The notes: generated by a model from the sequence alone, not told the origin. 53,052 nt of DNA from Candidatus Nomurabacteria bacterium (GCA_026396065.1 JAPLXO010000010.1:59058-112109), one strand, 5' to 3'; positions 9,853-19,166 are shown, counted from the stretch's first letter. Numbers and translations are program-made.

Positions 9853-11178
9853 ATGCAGAAAGAAAACAAAAAAGAAAATGAGTTGATGGAAAAAATAGTG
9901 AGCCTTTGTAAAAGACGCGGTTTTATTTTTCAAGGTTCAGAAATTTATGGTGGAATGGCCGGTTTTTATGATTATGGTCCACTCGGTACACTTCTTAAAA
10001 GAAATATTGAGAAATCGTGGATAAAGCAGTTTGTCGAGTTTAAAGAAAATGTATATTTGATTGATACGCCGATACTCATGCATCCTCGTGTATGGGAAGC
10101 ATCAGGGCATACGGCAGAATTCGCGGATCCTCTTGTGGAGTGTAAAAAGTGTAAAAACAAGTTTCGCGCTGATCAGTTAGATAGTGACAAATGCCCAAAT
10201 GATGGAGAAACACTTGGTGCTATTTCAAAATTCAATCTAATGCTTGAAACAAAAGTAGGAGCGTCAGAAGATACATCAATAAAAACATATCTTCGACCAG
10301 AAGAAGCACAAAATATTTTTATTGATTTCAAAAATATTGTAGATTCTTTTTCACCGAAACTTCCTTTTGGCGTGGCTCAAATCGGTAAAGCATTTCGAAA
10401 CGAAATTACCCCGCGAGATTTTATTTATCGTTTGCGTGAATTTCAAATAATGGAAATGGAATATTTTATTCACCCAGACATCGCATGGGAACCGATTTTC
10501 GATTCATTTTTGGCAGAACAAAAAGATTGGCTTGGCAGTATTGGAGTGGATATAGAAAAATTGCATCCAATGGAACATCCAGAATCTGGACGGGCGCATT
10601 ATAGTAAAAAGACAGTTGATCTCGAATTCGAATACCCATTTGGGATAAAAGAACTCACTGGCCTCGCACATCGTGGAGATTTTGATTTAAAAAAACACGA
10701 AGAATTTTCTGGAGAAAAAATGGGAATTATGGATGAGGAGAAAGGAGAAAGAGTTGTTCCTCACGTGATTGAACCGACAATCAGTGTTGATCGAGCAATT
10801 TTAGCGCTTATGGTTTCTGCTTATCGTGAAGAAATAATAGGAGAAGATACTCGTGTATATCTCAAATTTCCACCACACATCGCACCATATAAAGCGTGTG
10901 TTTCTCCGTTATTAAAAAATAAACCAGAATTACAAACAAAAGCGCGTGAAGTTTTTTCTATTCTCAAAAAAGAATTTGGTTGGATTACATATGATGACAA
11001 CGGCAACATCGGCAAACGCTACCGCCGACAAGACGAAATCGGTACACCTTGGTGTATCGTCGTCGATTTCGACACACTCACAGATGATACTGTCACTGTC
11101 CGTGATCGTGATACTGGAACTCAAGAGAGAGTGAAAGTAATTGATTTAGTTTCTTATATAAAAGAGAAGTTGAATTAA
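9853..11178 (+). CDS. glyQS: Glycine--tRNA ligase, alpha2 (homodimeric) type
   Basis: CKRRGF..SEIYGG, LRPE, GKAFRNEITP, PHVIEP and IGKRYRRQDEIGTP motifs. Confidence 0.96.
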   Translation: MQKENKKENELMEKIVSLCKRRGFIFQGSEIYGGMAGFYDYGPLGTLLKRNIEKSWIKQFVEFKENVYLIDTPILMHPRVWEASGHTAEFADPLVECKKCKNKFRADQLDSDKCPNDGETLGAISKFNLMLETKVGASEDTSIKTYLRPEEAQNIFIDFKNIVDSFSPKLPFGVAQIGKAFRNEITPRDFIYRLREFQIMEMEYFIHPDIAWEPIFDSFLAEQKDWLGSIGVDIEKLHPMEHPESGRAHYSKKTVDLEFEYPFGIKELTGLAHRGDFDLKKHEEFSGEKMGIMDEEKGERVVPHVIEPTISVDRAILALMVSAYREEIIGEDTRVYLKFPPHIAPYKACVSPLLKNKPELQTKAREVFSILKKEFGWITYDDNGNIGKRYRRQDEIGTPWCIVVDFDTLTDDTVTVRDRDTGTQERVKVIDLVSYIKEKLN

Positions 11179-11184
11179 AACTGA

Positions 11185-11643
11185 ATGAAAACCCTCACCC
11201 TCGCATTATTATTCCGTGACGAAAAAATTCTTCTCGCGATGAAGAAAAGGAAGTTTGGTGTAGGGAAGTGGAATGGGTATGGAGGAAAACTCGATGAAGG
11301 GGAAATGCCGATTGATGGACTCGTGCGGGAAATAAAAGAAGAAAGTAATTTAAATATACCGAAAGAACTTTGCAAAGAGTTAGGATATATCGATTTTTAT
11401 TTTAATGACAAAGAAGAATGGAATCAAAGAGTGATTATTTATCGTATTGATAATTTTGTTGGTGAGCCAGAAGAAACAGAGGAAATGATGCCGAAGTGGT
11501 TTCCAATTTCAGAGATTCCTTGGCATGAAATGTGGAAAGGGGACGACCAATGGATTCCATACGTAATTACAAATAAAAAATTCAAAGGAGAAGTTCATTT
11601 TTCTGAAGGTGGAGAGAAATTGGTAAGTTGTGTAGTGAAATAA
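11185..11643 (+). CDS. NUDIX hydrolase, 8-oxo-dGTP diphosphatase (MTH1-like)
   Basis: KKRKFGVGKWNGYGGK, Nudix box REIKEES, ETEEMMPKWF, MWKGD. Confidence 0.9.
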   Translation: MKTLTLALLFRDEKILLAMKKRKFGVGKWNGYGGKLDEGEMPIDGLVREIKEESNLNIPKELCKELGYIDFYFNDKEEWNQRVIIYRIDNFVGEPEETEEMMPKWFPISEIPWHEMWKGDDQWIPYVITNKKFKGEVHFSEGGEKLVSCVVK

Positions 11644-11653
11644 AAAAATCAGA

Positions 11654-13072
11654 CTATTTTTCAATAGCCTGATTATAGAATTTAATGAGTGCATCTGGAT
11701 TTATTTTTTCATATTTTTCCAATGCTTTTTTGAGTTGTGAAGGAATATTCGCATATGTTTTATACACAAGTAAAATATAACCTATGTATCCTTTTGCTTT
11801 TCCTTGGATACTACTATCTTGTAGTGATACATCTTGTTGTGCGTCAATGCAAGCATGATGCAAAGCAGAACGAATTTTCCTCTGTAATTTTTTAGGAATT
11901 GTTGGTCTAAAATAATACCAGGGCGTCCATGCTTTTAAGCAATGTCTCGCTCCAGCTATTTTGTCATCCACCATTTCTTTTAGTTCTGCTCGAGTTTTTC
12001 TGTGCCTCACTAAACGTAACCCCGTAACAAGTGGTACTTCAACTCCTACTTCGTAGATATGAATTTTCTTTTTATTGAATTTCCATATAGTAGTTTTTTC
12101 TATCGTAGCGATCACTTTACGCAATTCTTTAGAAAGCTTAACCTTGGAGAGATAAGAGTCAGTGCTAATAGTTATGTTATCAACATATACTGAAATACAT
12201 TGATGTGTGTCTGGGTAAGATTTTGGAGTTCTATATCTTAAAAAAGATTTGAAACTCGAAATCATTTTTGTGTGTGACAATACAAGTGCCATCGCAATTG
12301 GTGATGTGGGGGACCCCTGCACTAATTTGTTTTGATATGTAAGTACTTTGGACAAAATTTCAGCCATGTCATTACACAATTCGTACATTTCCTCTAGTCC
12401 GTTTGGTTTACGTATTTGAGCACGTAATGCCTTGTTTGCCTTGTTTGTGAACAATAAACGCCTTTTTTTGAATCGCAGATCTAGATAAGTTAAATCGTAC
12501 CGATTCTTACTTTCCCAGGCTTCAAAAATTGAATCGTTAGAGGTAATTTCACTTACTTTTTTGTCGACAAGTCCGTTGATTACTTCCTCGTCAACGGTGT
12601 CGTGTTTCTTTTTTAAGAACTCCCTGTGGTTTTTACTTCTCAGAAACTTTTTATATCTGAATTTGTAAAAACATAGTTCATCATATAGTAAATCTACTAG
12701 AGCATTTTTTAGTGAGAGCGAATCTACACAATGAAACGCATCTTTTAAGTCAACATCTATGATGAAGTTTGGAGTAGTGAAGACATGCGATTCTATACCT
12801 CCTAGTGTCGAGCGTTTCGGTACACCACCATAACAGTAATCGGCTATCATTGGACCTGTTGAGATCTTTGATAGGAAATTTTTGTAAATACTTTGTTGAA
12901 CTAATTTTGTTGTTTCTTTTGGTGCGTGAATAGTTCTTTTCCCGCCTGAACGTTTTGGTATCGTAAAAATTCGATATTTTTGATTCGAATATACTTCTTC
13001 CAAATGTTCGACTTTTGTGTTTGTAGCATCTGCAAGTATGCGAAATGCTTCCATAGATAGCTGTTTTTCCAT
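11654..13072 (-). CDS. Retron-like reverse transcriptase with atypical YVDN active site
   Basis: YRIFTIPKRSGGKRTIHAP, DLKDAF (aa108-113), QGSPTSP (252-258), YVDNITIS (296-303), FNKKK and the retron region-Y VTGL (349-352). Confidence 0.88.
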   Translation of the reverse strand: MEKQLSMEAFRILADATNTKVEHLEEVYSNQKYRIFTIPKRSGGKRTIHAPKETTKLVQQSIYKNFLSKISTGPMIADYCYGGVPKRSTLGGIESHVFTTPNFIIDVDLKDAFHCVDSLSLKNALVDLLYDELCFYKFRYKKFLRSKNHREFLKKKHDTVDEEVINGLVDKKVSEITSNDSIFEAWESKNRYDLTYLDLRFKKRRLLFTNKANKALRAQIRKPNGLEEMYELCNDMAEILSKVLTYQNKLVQGSPTSPIAMALVLSHTKMISSFKSFLRYRTPKSYPDTHQCISVYVDNITISTDSYLSKVKLSKELRKVIATIEKTTIWKFNKKKIHIYEVGVEVPLVTGLRLVRHRKTRAELKEMVDDKIAGARHCLKAWTPWYYFRPTIPKKLQRKIRSALHHACIDAQQDVSLQDSSIQGKAKGYIGYILLVYKTYANIPSQLKKALEKYEKINPDALIKFYNQAIEK

Positions 13073-13093
13073 TTATTTGGGTTTTACATATTT

Positions 13094-13290
13094 GTTTATT
13101 TATTTTTCAAAGAAAACCGGTCGCCGCAGATGTAGAACACCTGCGGCTCAATTCATTCTATGCACGTAGTGCATGCCTTGGTTAATATGGCATCATACCA
13201 CAACCATCTGACGTTCAAATCCATAGCTAGAAACTAACTACTTGAAATAAAGAACTATTCAATGAAATGTTCATTAATAGAAACCGGGTT
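13094..13290 (-). ncRNA. Candidate RT-associated structured ncRNA (msr-msd-like)
   Basis: Non-coding leader between the promoter and the RT ATG, with hairpins at 13255-13280, 13173-13193, 13160-13174 and 13123-13147 and imperfect terminal inverted repeats. Boundaries are approximate. Confidence 0.6.
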
Positions 13291-13296
13291 GTTTTT

Positions 13297-13325
13297 ACAA
13301 TAAACTTTTTTATATTATTTGTCAA
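13297..13325 (-). promoter_or_regulatory. Sigma70 promoter for the ncRNA-RT unit
   Basis: Minus strand TTGACA (13325-13320), 17 bp spacer, TATTGT (13302-13297). Confidence 0.7.
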
Positions 13326-13365
13326 TATTATATAATAAAGAAAATTTTATGATAGAATAGTCAGC

Positions 13366-14634
13366 ATGAAAGCTAAAAAAACAATTTTAAAAAATGGTTT
13401 GCGAGTGATAACTATACCAATGAAAGAAAGCCCGACGGTAACAGCTTTGGTATTAGTGGAAACAGGTAGTAAATATGAAACAAAAGAGATAAATGGTTTA
13501 TCTCACTTTTTGGAGCATATGTGCTTCAAAGGGACAGTGAAGCGTCCTACTGCTCGTGATATTACTACAGAGCTCGATACCATGGGCGCACAATACAACG
13601 CTTTTACTGGTCAAGAATACACAGGCTACTATGCGAAAAGTGATGCGAAACATTTCAAAAAGATTTTTGATGTAGTGAGCGATGTGTATTTAAATTCCAC
13701 TTTTCCAGAAACTGAAATGGAAAAAGAAAAAGGTGTGATTATAGAAGAAATAAATATGTATGAAGACTTACCAATGCGTCATGTGCAAGATATGATAATG
13801 GAAGTTTTGTATGGTGACCAGCCAGCCGGATGGAATATAGCAGGTCCAATAGAAAATATTAAAAAAATGAAACGCGATGATTTTGTAAAATACAAAAAAG
13901 AACAATATGTGCCGAAAGCTACGACTGTCGTCATTGCAGGTGGGGTTAGTGAGAAAGATATGATGACTGAAGTTAAAAAATATTTTAACCATTTAAAAAA
14001 TGATAAAAAATCTGGAAAAATAAAAACTATCGAGAAACAAACTACACCAAATGCAAAAATAAAATTTAAACAAACAGACCAAACACATTTTGTTTTAGGT
14101 TTTCGTTCGCTCAATGCTTTTGATAAAAAAAATGCAGTGAATTCCATGATGGCTGGGGTCCTCGGGGCAGGGATGAGCTCAAGACTTTTCCATAAACTTC
14201 GTGAAGAAATGGGTGTGTGTTATTACGTGCGTGCGAATACTGACCTGTACACTGACCATGGAGTTTTTCAAATTTCTTCTGGCGTAGACAATAAAAGAGT
14301 AAAAGAAGTTATCACTGCAATTCTTAAAGAATGTGAAAAATTAAAAAATGAACTTGTCGGAGATAAAGAATTAGCGAAAGTAAAAGAGATTTTTATTTCT
14401 GGAATGAAAATGGGGTTGGAAGCGACAGATGATGTAGCAAATTTCTACGGGGGACAAGAAGTAATGGTAAAAAAGATTGAAAGTCCTGAAGACAAAGCAA
14501 AGAAAATAAAAGCTGTAACATCCAAGCAAATCCAAGCAATGGCAAAACAAATATTCCAAAACAATAAGCTAAACCTTGCACTAATTGGTCCGTTTAATGA
14601 TCAAAAAGAATTTTTGCCGATTTTAAAGATCTAG
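13366..14634 (+). CDS. M16 family zinc peptidase (pitrilysin-like)
   Basis: GLSHFLEHM inverted zinc motif (HxxEH), NAFT, SSRLF..LREE. Confidence 0.94.
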   Translation: MKAKKTILKNGLRVITIPMKESPTVTALVLVETGSKYETKEINGLSHFLEHMCFKGTVKRPTARDITTELDTMGAQYNAFTGQEYTGYYAKSDAKHFKKIFDVVSDVYLNSTFPETEMEKEKGVIIEEINMYEDLPMRHVQDMIMEVLYGDQPAGWNIAGPIENIKKMKRDDFVKYKKEQYVPKATTVVIAGGVSEKDMMTEVKKYFNHLKNDKKSGKIKTIEKQTTPNAKIKFKQTDQTHFVLGFRSLNAFDKKNAVNSMMAGVLGAGMSSRLFHKLREEMGVCYYVRANTDLYTDHGVFQISSGVDNKRVKEVITAILKECEKLKNELVGDKELAKVKEIFISGMKMGLEATDDVANFYGGQEVMVKKIESPEDKAKKIKAVTSKQIQAMAKQIFQNNKLNLALIGPFNDQKEFLPILKI

Positions 14635-14646
14635 TTATATATAAAT

Positions 14647-14688
14647 CCCCCCTCTCCTTATTAAGGAGAGGGGGTTAGGGGGTGAGGT
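14647..14688 (+). repeat. BoxC-like palindromic repeat, copy 1
   Basis: CCCCCTCTCCTTA-T-TAAGGAGAGGGGG stem followed by tail TTAGGGGGTGAGGT. Confidence 0.85.
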
Positions 14689-14720
14689 GAATTTTGAGCT
14701 CTCTATGCTATAATATTCTC

Positions 14721-15800
14721 ATGCAAGAAAACAACAAAAGTATGGCTATTTCTATTACTACCAGCACGATGATTCGCATTGTTTTGGTTTTACTTGGTTT
14801 CTTTTTACTTTATTATTTAAGAGATTTAGTGCTTGTGATTTTGACATCTATTGTAATAGCTTCTTTTATCGGGTCTGCAAGTATTCGTATGAAAAGAATT
14901 GGTATTGGAAGGGTTTTTGGTGTAATTTTGCTGTATGTAGTAGGCCTTACTTTTCTATCGGGAGTGTTTTATCTTTTTGCACCGTTGCTCATTACAGAAA
15001 TTTATAATTTTTCTGCATTAATTTCAAATTATTTCCCAGATTCAGGTATTTTGAATTTCTTCCATAGTGATACATTTTCTGGAGCAAAAGACGTAGTGGC
15101 TAATCTTCAAAATAATTTATCTATTAGTACATTACTTACTACTTCTAAAGCTTTTGTTTCAAATTTATCTAGTGGATTTTTTAGTACATTATCTTATGCT
15201 TTTGGAAGTATTTTCAACGTAGTATTAATTGTCATAATTTCTTTTTATCTTTCTATACAAGAAAATGGTATTGAAGGATTTTTACGTGTAGTTGTACCAC
15301 AATCACATGAAGATTATGCAGTAGAACTTTGGGAACGTGTTCGCCATAAAATTGCTCTTTGGATAAAAGGACAAATGGTATTAGGTTTTATTGTAGCTAT
15401 TTTAGTCTATCTTGTGCTTTCAATTATGGGTATAAAATATGCTTTGCTTTTGGCTGTTCTTACAGGGCTTTTTGAAATCGTACCTTATGGAATGATCGTA
15501 TCTATGGTGCCGGCTATTGGCCTTGGTTATCTCTCTAGTGGATTTTCAGGGGCATTAATGGTAGGTGGTGCCTATTTTATAATTCATCAATTTGAAGCTT
15601 ATCTTTTAGCCCCACTTATTGTGAAGCGTGTTACAGGTCTTTCACCTCTACTTGTTATTTTATCTCTTTTGGTTGGTTTTGAATTGGCTGGTTTTTGGGG
15701 AGTAATACTCGCTGTTCCAGCTGCCGTATTTACAATGGAGCTCGTTAACGATATTGAAAAAAGAAAAGTATTTCTTCGAACTAGTCATGAGCAAAAATAA
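14721..15800 (+). CDS. AI-2E family transporter (PerM-like)
   Basis: Multi-TM protein with WIKGQ, IVPYG, QFEAYLLAP and GFWGVILAVP. Start moved to the ATG 6 nt after TGCTATAAT. Confidence 0.88.
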   Translation: MQENNKSMAISITTSTMIRIVLVLLGFFLLYYLRDLVLVILTSIVIASFIGSASIRMKRIGIGRVFGVILLYVVGLTFLSGVFYLFAPLLITEIYNFSALISNYFPDSGILNFFHSDTFSGAKDVVANLQNNLSISTLLTTSKAFVSNLSSGFFSTLSYAFGSIFNVVLIVIISFYLSIQENGIEGFLRVVVPQSHEDYAVELWERVRHKIALWIKGQMVLGFIVAILVYLVLSIMGIKYALLLAVLTGLFEIVPYGMIVSMVPAIGLGYLSSGFSGALMVGGAYFIIHQFEAYLLAPLIVKRVTGLSPLLVILSLLVGFELAGFWGVILAVPAAVFTMELVNDIEKRKVFLRTSHEQK

Positions 15801-17241
15801 TTTTTACATTACTACTACTCTTCCATATGTAAATGCAGATCTTCATATGGGCCATGCACTAGAATTTGTGCGTGCAGATATTATTGCGCGATATAAAAAA
15901 TTGCAGAGTTTTGATGTATTTTTTAATACTGGTACAGATGAACATGGAATGAAAATATATGAGAAGGCTGTGGCTGAAGGGAAGACGGCTCAAGAATTTG
16001 TAGACCAAAAATTTTTACATTTCAAAGATTCAGTAAAAATTTTTGGCATGTACGAAAGTACTTTACATTTTGCTCGCACGACAAATGAAAATCATATTCT
16101 CGCAGCGCAAGAATTTTGGAAAAGAGTTTATGACAATGGTTATATTTATAAAAAGAATTATGAAGCGAAATATTGCGTAGGTTGCGAAGAGACAAAAAGT
16201 GATTCTGAATTAGTAAACAATGAATGTCCTATCCACCCTGGGCGAGCACTCGAGACTATTGCTGAAGAAAATTATTTTTTCAAATATTCTGAATTCACAG
16301 ATAAACTTTTGGATTTCTATAAAAAGAATCCAAATTTCGTCGTTCCTGATTTTAGATATAACGAAATAAAATCTTTCGTAGAAAGAGGATTGCATGATTT
16401 TTCTATTTCTCGTTTGAAAGAAAAAATGCCATGGGGCATACCTGTGCCAGGAGACGAAAACCATGTGATGTATGTATGGTTCGATGCTTTGACAAATTAT
16501 ATTTCTACACTTGGGTGGCCAGAAACTTCAGGAGATTTTGAAAAATATTGGGTAAATGGAAATCCTACACAATATTGTGGTAAAGATAATCTTCGTTTTC
16601 AATCTGCAATGTGGCAAGCGATGCTAATGGCTGCCGATTTGCCAAATTCTCATCAAATAGTGATCAATGGTTTTATCACAGCTGATGGAGGAATAAAAAT
16701 GTCCAAGACATTAGGTAACGTAGTTGACCCGAAAGAAATTGTAGCTGAATATAGCACAGACGCGCTTCGATTTTTCCTTGCTAAAGAAATTTCTTCTTTT
16801 GAAGATTCACCCTTTACTATGGAGCGTTTTAAAGATTCTTATAATGCAGGACTTGCGAATGGAATAGGAAATCTCACTAGTCGTATTATGAAAATGGCAG
16901 AGACAAATTTGGAAAGCCCTACTGAAATTCCAGAAATGAAAATCTCTGAAGATTGGGAGCCAGCAATAATTGCCATGGAGAATTTTAATATTCAAGAAGC
17001 GATGAGTGTGATATTTAAACATGTGTCCGAACTCGATGAAACTATTCAAAGTAAACAACCATTTAAACTTGTAAAAACAAATAAAGAAGAAGCTGTAGAA
17101 ATTATAAAAGATTTAGTTATAAAACTTCACAATATTGCAGTGATGCTCACACCTGTGCTTCCAGAAACAAGTAAAAAAATTATCGAAATTACAAAATCCG
17201 GCAAAATGCCAGAACAACCACTCTTTTTGAGAAAAGACTAA
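15787..17241 (+). CDS. metG: Methionine--tRNA ligase (short form)
   Basis: YITTTLPYVN, HMGH, GTDEHG, YVWFDAL and KMSKT motifs. ATG at 15787. Confidence 0.96.
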   Translation: MSKNNFYITTTLPYVNADLHMGHALEFVRADIIARYKKLQSFDVFFNTGTDEHGMKIYEKAVAEGKTAQEFVDQKFLHFKDSVKIFGMYESTLHFARTTNENHILAAQEFWKRVYDNGYIYKKNYEAKYCVGCEETKSDSELVNNECPIHPGRALETIAEENYFFKYSEFTDKLLDFYKKNPNFVVPDFRYNEIKSFVERGLHDFSISRLKEKMPWGIPVPGDENHVMYVWFDALTNYISTLGWPETSGDFEKYWVNGNPTQYCGKDNLRFQSAMWQAMLMAADLPNSHQIVINGFITADGGIKMSKTLGNVVDPKEIVAEYSTDALRFFLAKEISSFEDSPFTMERFKDSYNAGLANGIGNLTSRIMKMAETNLESPTEIPEMKISEDWEPAIIAMENFNIQEAMSVIFKHVSELDETIQSKQPFKLVKTNKEEAVEIIKDLVIKLHNIAVMLTPVLPETSKKIIEITKSGKMPEQPLFLRKD

Positions 17242-18026
17242 TGAAGTATATAGATATACATTCACATTTGAATTTGGAACAGCTAAAAGTTGATCATGAG
17301 AGTGTAGTTTTTCGTATGGTAGAAAATAATGTTAGCACTATCACTATCGGTGTGGATTACGAGACTTCGAAGGAAGCTATAGAAATAGCAGGGAAATATG
17401 ATTTCATTTGGGCTGGAGTAGGACTTCATCCTACAGATAATGCGAATGAAGATTTTGATATAGAAAAATATGAAGTATTAGCACAACATAAAAAAGTCGT
17501 TTGTATTGGCGAATGTGGACTAGATTATTTTCGTGTAGTAGATGAAGCTACAAAAGAAAAACAAAAAGAGTTATTTAAGAGTCATATTGAAATTGCATTA
17601 AAAGTAGGGAAGCCACTCATGATTCACGCACGTCCATCAAAAGGAAGCCAAGATGCATATGAAGATGCACTTGAAATTTTAGAAAATTATAAAAAAGAAA
17701 ATAATTCTTTGAGTGGTAATTTTCATTTCTTTGTAGGAGATATCCCTATTGCAACACGAGTACTCGCTATTAATTTTACGATGTCTTTTGATGGACCCAT
17801 CACATTTACTAGTGATTATGATGAAGTAATAAGGTTTATACCAATAGAGTCTATAATGTCTGAGACGGATTCACCATTCGCTGCACCAGCACCATATAGA
17901 GGTAAAACTTGTGAACCATATATGGTTAGGGAAGTAGTAAAAAAAATCGCTATTTTAAAAAATTTAACCGAACACGAAGCCTCTGAAGTTATTTTTACTA
18001 ACGCAAAGCGCACCTTTCACATTTGA
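17241..18026 (+). CDS. tatD: TatD family hydrolase/DNase
   Basis: DIHSH, GLHP, IGECGLD and ETDSPF motifs. Follows metG as usual. Confidence 0.93.
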   Translation: MKYIDIHSHLNLEQLKVDHESVVFRMVENNVSTITIGVDYETSKEAIEIAGKYDFIWAGVGLHPTDNANEDFDIEKYEVLAQHKKVVCIGECGLDYFRVVDEATKEKQKELFKSHIEIALKVGKPLMIHARPSKGSQDAYEDALEILENYKKENNSLSGNFHFFVGDIPIATRVLAINFTMSFDGPITFTSDYDEVIRFIPIESIMSETDSPFAAPAPYRGKTCEPYMVREVVKKIAILKNLTEHEASEVIFTNAKRTFHI

Positions 18027-18149
18027 CAATAAGGCTTTTTCTTGCTAATTTGAATAGGTATGTTCGATATGGCGGTCATCCATATCGCATTTGCCACATT
18101 ATTATTAAAGGCAATTGTCCACAATATACATTAATTATAAATATTAAAA
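18023..18149 (+). promoter_or_regulatory. Promoter and structured leader of rpsF-ssb-rpsR
   Basis: TTGACA at 18023, 17 bp spacer, TAATTT. Hairpins CGATATGG/CCATATCG and TTGCC/GGCAA. Confidence 0.5.
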
Positions 18150-18635
18150 ATGGAAGAAAAAAACATTGATGTTGAAGTAGCAGAACCTCGTGTCTACGAA
18201 GTTGGCTATCTTTTGAGTAATGCTATAGAAGAAGCAGAAGTTCCAGTCGAATATGGTAATTTAAAAGATTTTGTCGCTTCTTTTGGGGGAGTGATTATTT
18301 CTGATGAAATGCCAAAAAAGATTGATCTCGCTTACACTATCGAAAAAGTTATAAAAAATATAAAACATAAATTTGACTCTGCATATTTTGGTTGGATTAA
18401 ATTTGAAATGACTCCTGAAAAAGTGCTTGAGCTTAAAAAGAAATTGGATCTAGATATTAAGATTGTTCGATTTATTATTATAAAGACTGTCCGTGAGAAT
18501 ACTCTCGCTGTTAAAAAGTTTGTTCGTAGTGATATCAAGAGACACACTCCAAAACTTCGCGCAGAAGGTGAAGAAGCTCCAGAAATAAATAAAGAAGAAA
18601 TCGATAAAGAAATCGATGCTATGGTGGAAGTTTAA
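18150..18635 (+). CDS. rpsF: 30S ribosomal protein S6
   Basis: YEVGYLL, LAYTI, AYFGW and VRFIIIK motifs. Synteny with ssb and rpsR. Confidence 0.9.
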   Translation: MEEKNIDVEVAEPRVYEVGYLLSNAIEEAEVPVEYGNLKDFVASFGGVIISDEMPKKIDLAYTIEKVIKNIKHKFDSAYFGWIKFEMTPEKVLELKKKLDLDIKIVRFIIIKTVRENTLAVKKFVRSDIKRHTPKLRAEGEEAPEINKEEIDKEIDAMVEV

Positions 18636-18688
18636 TATTATAAGTTAATTAAACTACATCTCAGATGTAGTTTTACTAAAACAAACAT

Positions 18689-19138
18689 ATGTATTTAAAC
18701 AAAGCAATCGTCATAGGAAATTTAACAAGAGAGCCAGAACTTAAATCATTACCATCTGGTATGAAAGTTTGTTCATTCTCTCTAGCTACAAATCGCGTTT
18801 GGAAAGATAAAAATGGTGCAAAACAAGAAGCTGCAGACTTTCACAATATTGTAGTATTCGGCCGACAAGCTGAAACTACTGCTCAATATCTTCACAAAGG
18901 AAATAGTGCACTTGTAGAAGGCAGAATGCAGACACGAAGTTGGGATGATAAAGAAGGTGTTAAAAAATACCGCACTGAAGTCATTGCTGATCGTGTGCAA
19001 TTCGGACCAAAAGGTGGAAGTGGAGGTGAAGCACCTTCGACAGGGAAAATAGCCACAGGACCAAAAGGTGACGAAAATGAAGCAGATATGATCGATTACC
19101 CAGAGGAAGATATTAACCCAGAAGACATTCCATTCTAA
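18689..19138 (+). CDS. ssb: Single-stranded DNA-binding protein
   Basis: LNKAIVIGNLTREPE, VEGRMQTRSW and C-terminal DIPF. Confidence 0.97.
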   Translation: MYLNKAIVIGNLTREPELKSLPSGMKVCSFSLATNRVWKDKNGAKQEAADFHNIVVFGRQAETTAQYLHKGNSALVEGRMQTRSWDDKEGVKKYRTEVIADRVQFGPKGGSGGEAPSTGKIATGPKGDENEADMIDYPEEDINPEDIPF

Positions 19139-19166
19139 ATTAAAAATTAACTAATAATAAATTAAA

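Noticed and set aside
11185-11643. NUDIX gene as the retron effector
   Set aside because: It is on the opposite strand, 6 bp behind glyQS, and looks like a housekeeping MTH1-like enzyme. It cannot be fully excluded.
11654-13072. RT as part of a DGR, group II intron or CRISPR-RT
   Set aside because: No TR/VR pair or avd gene, no intron domain V or maturase domain, and no cas genes or array were seen. The VTG motif favours the retron clade.
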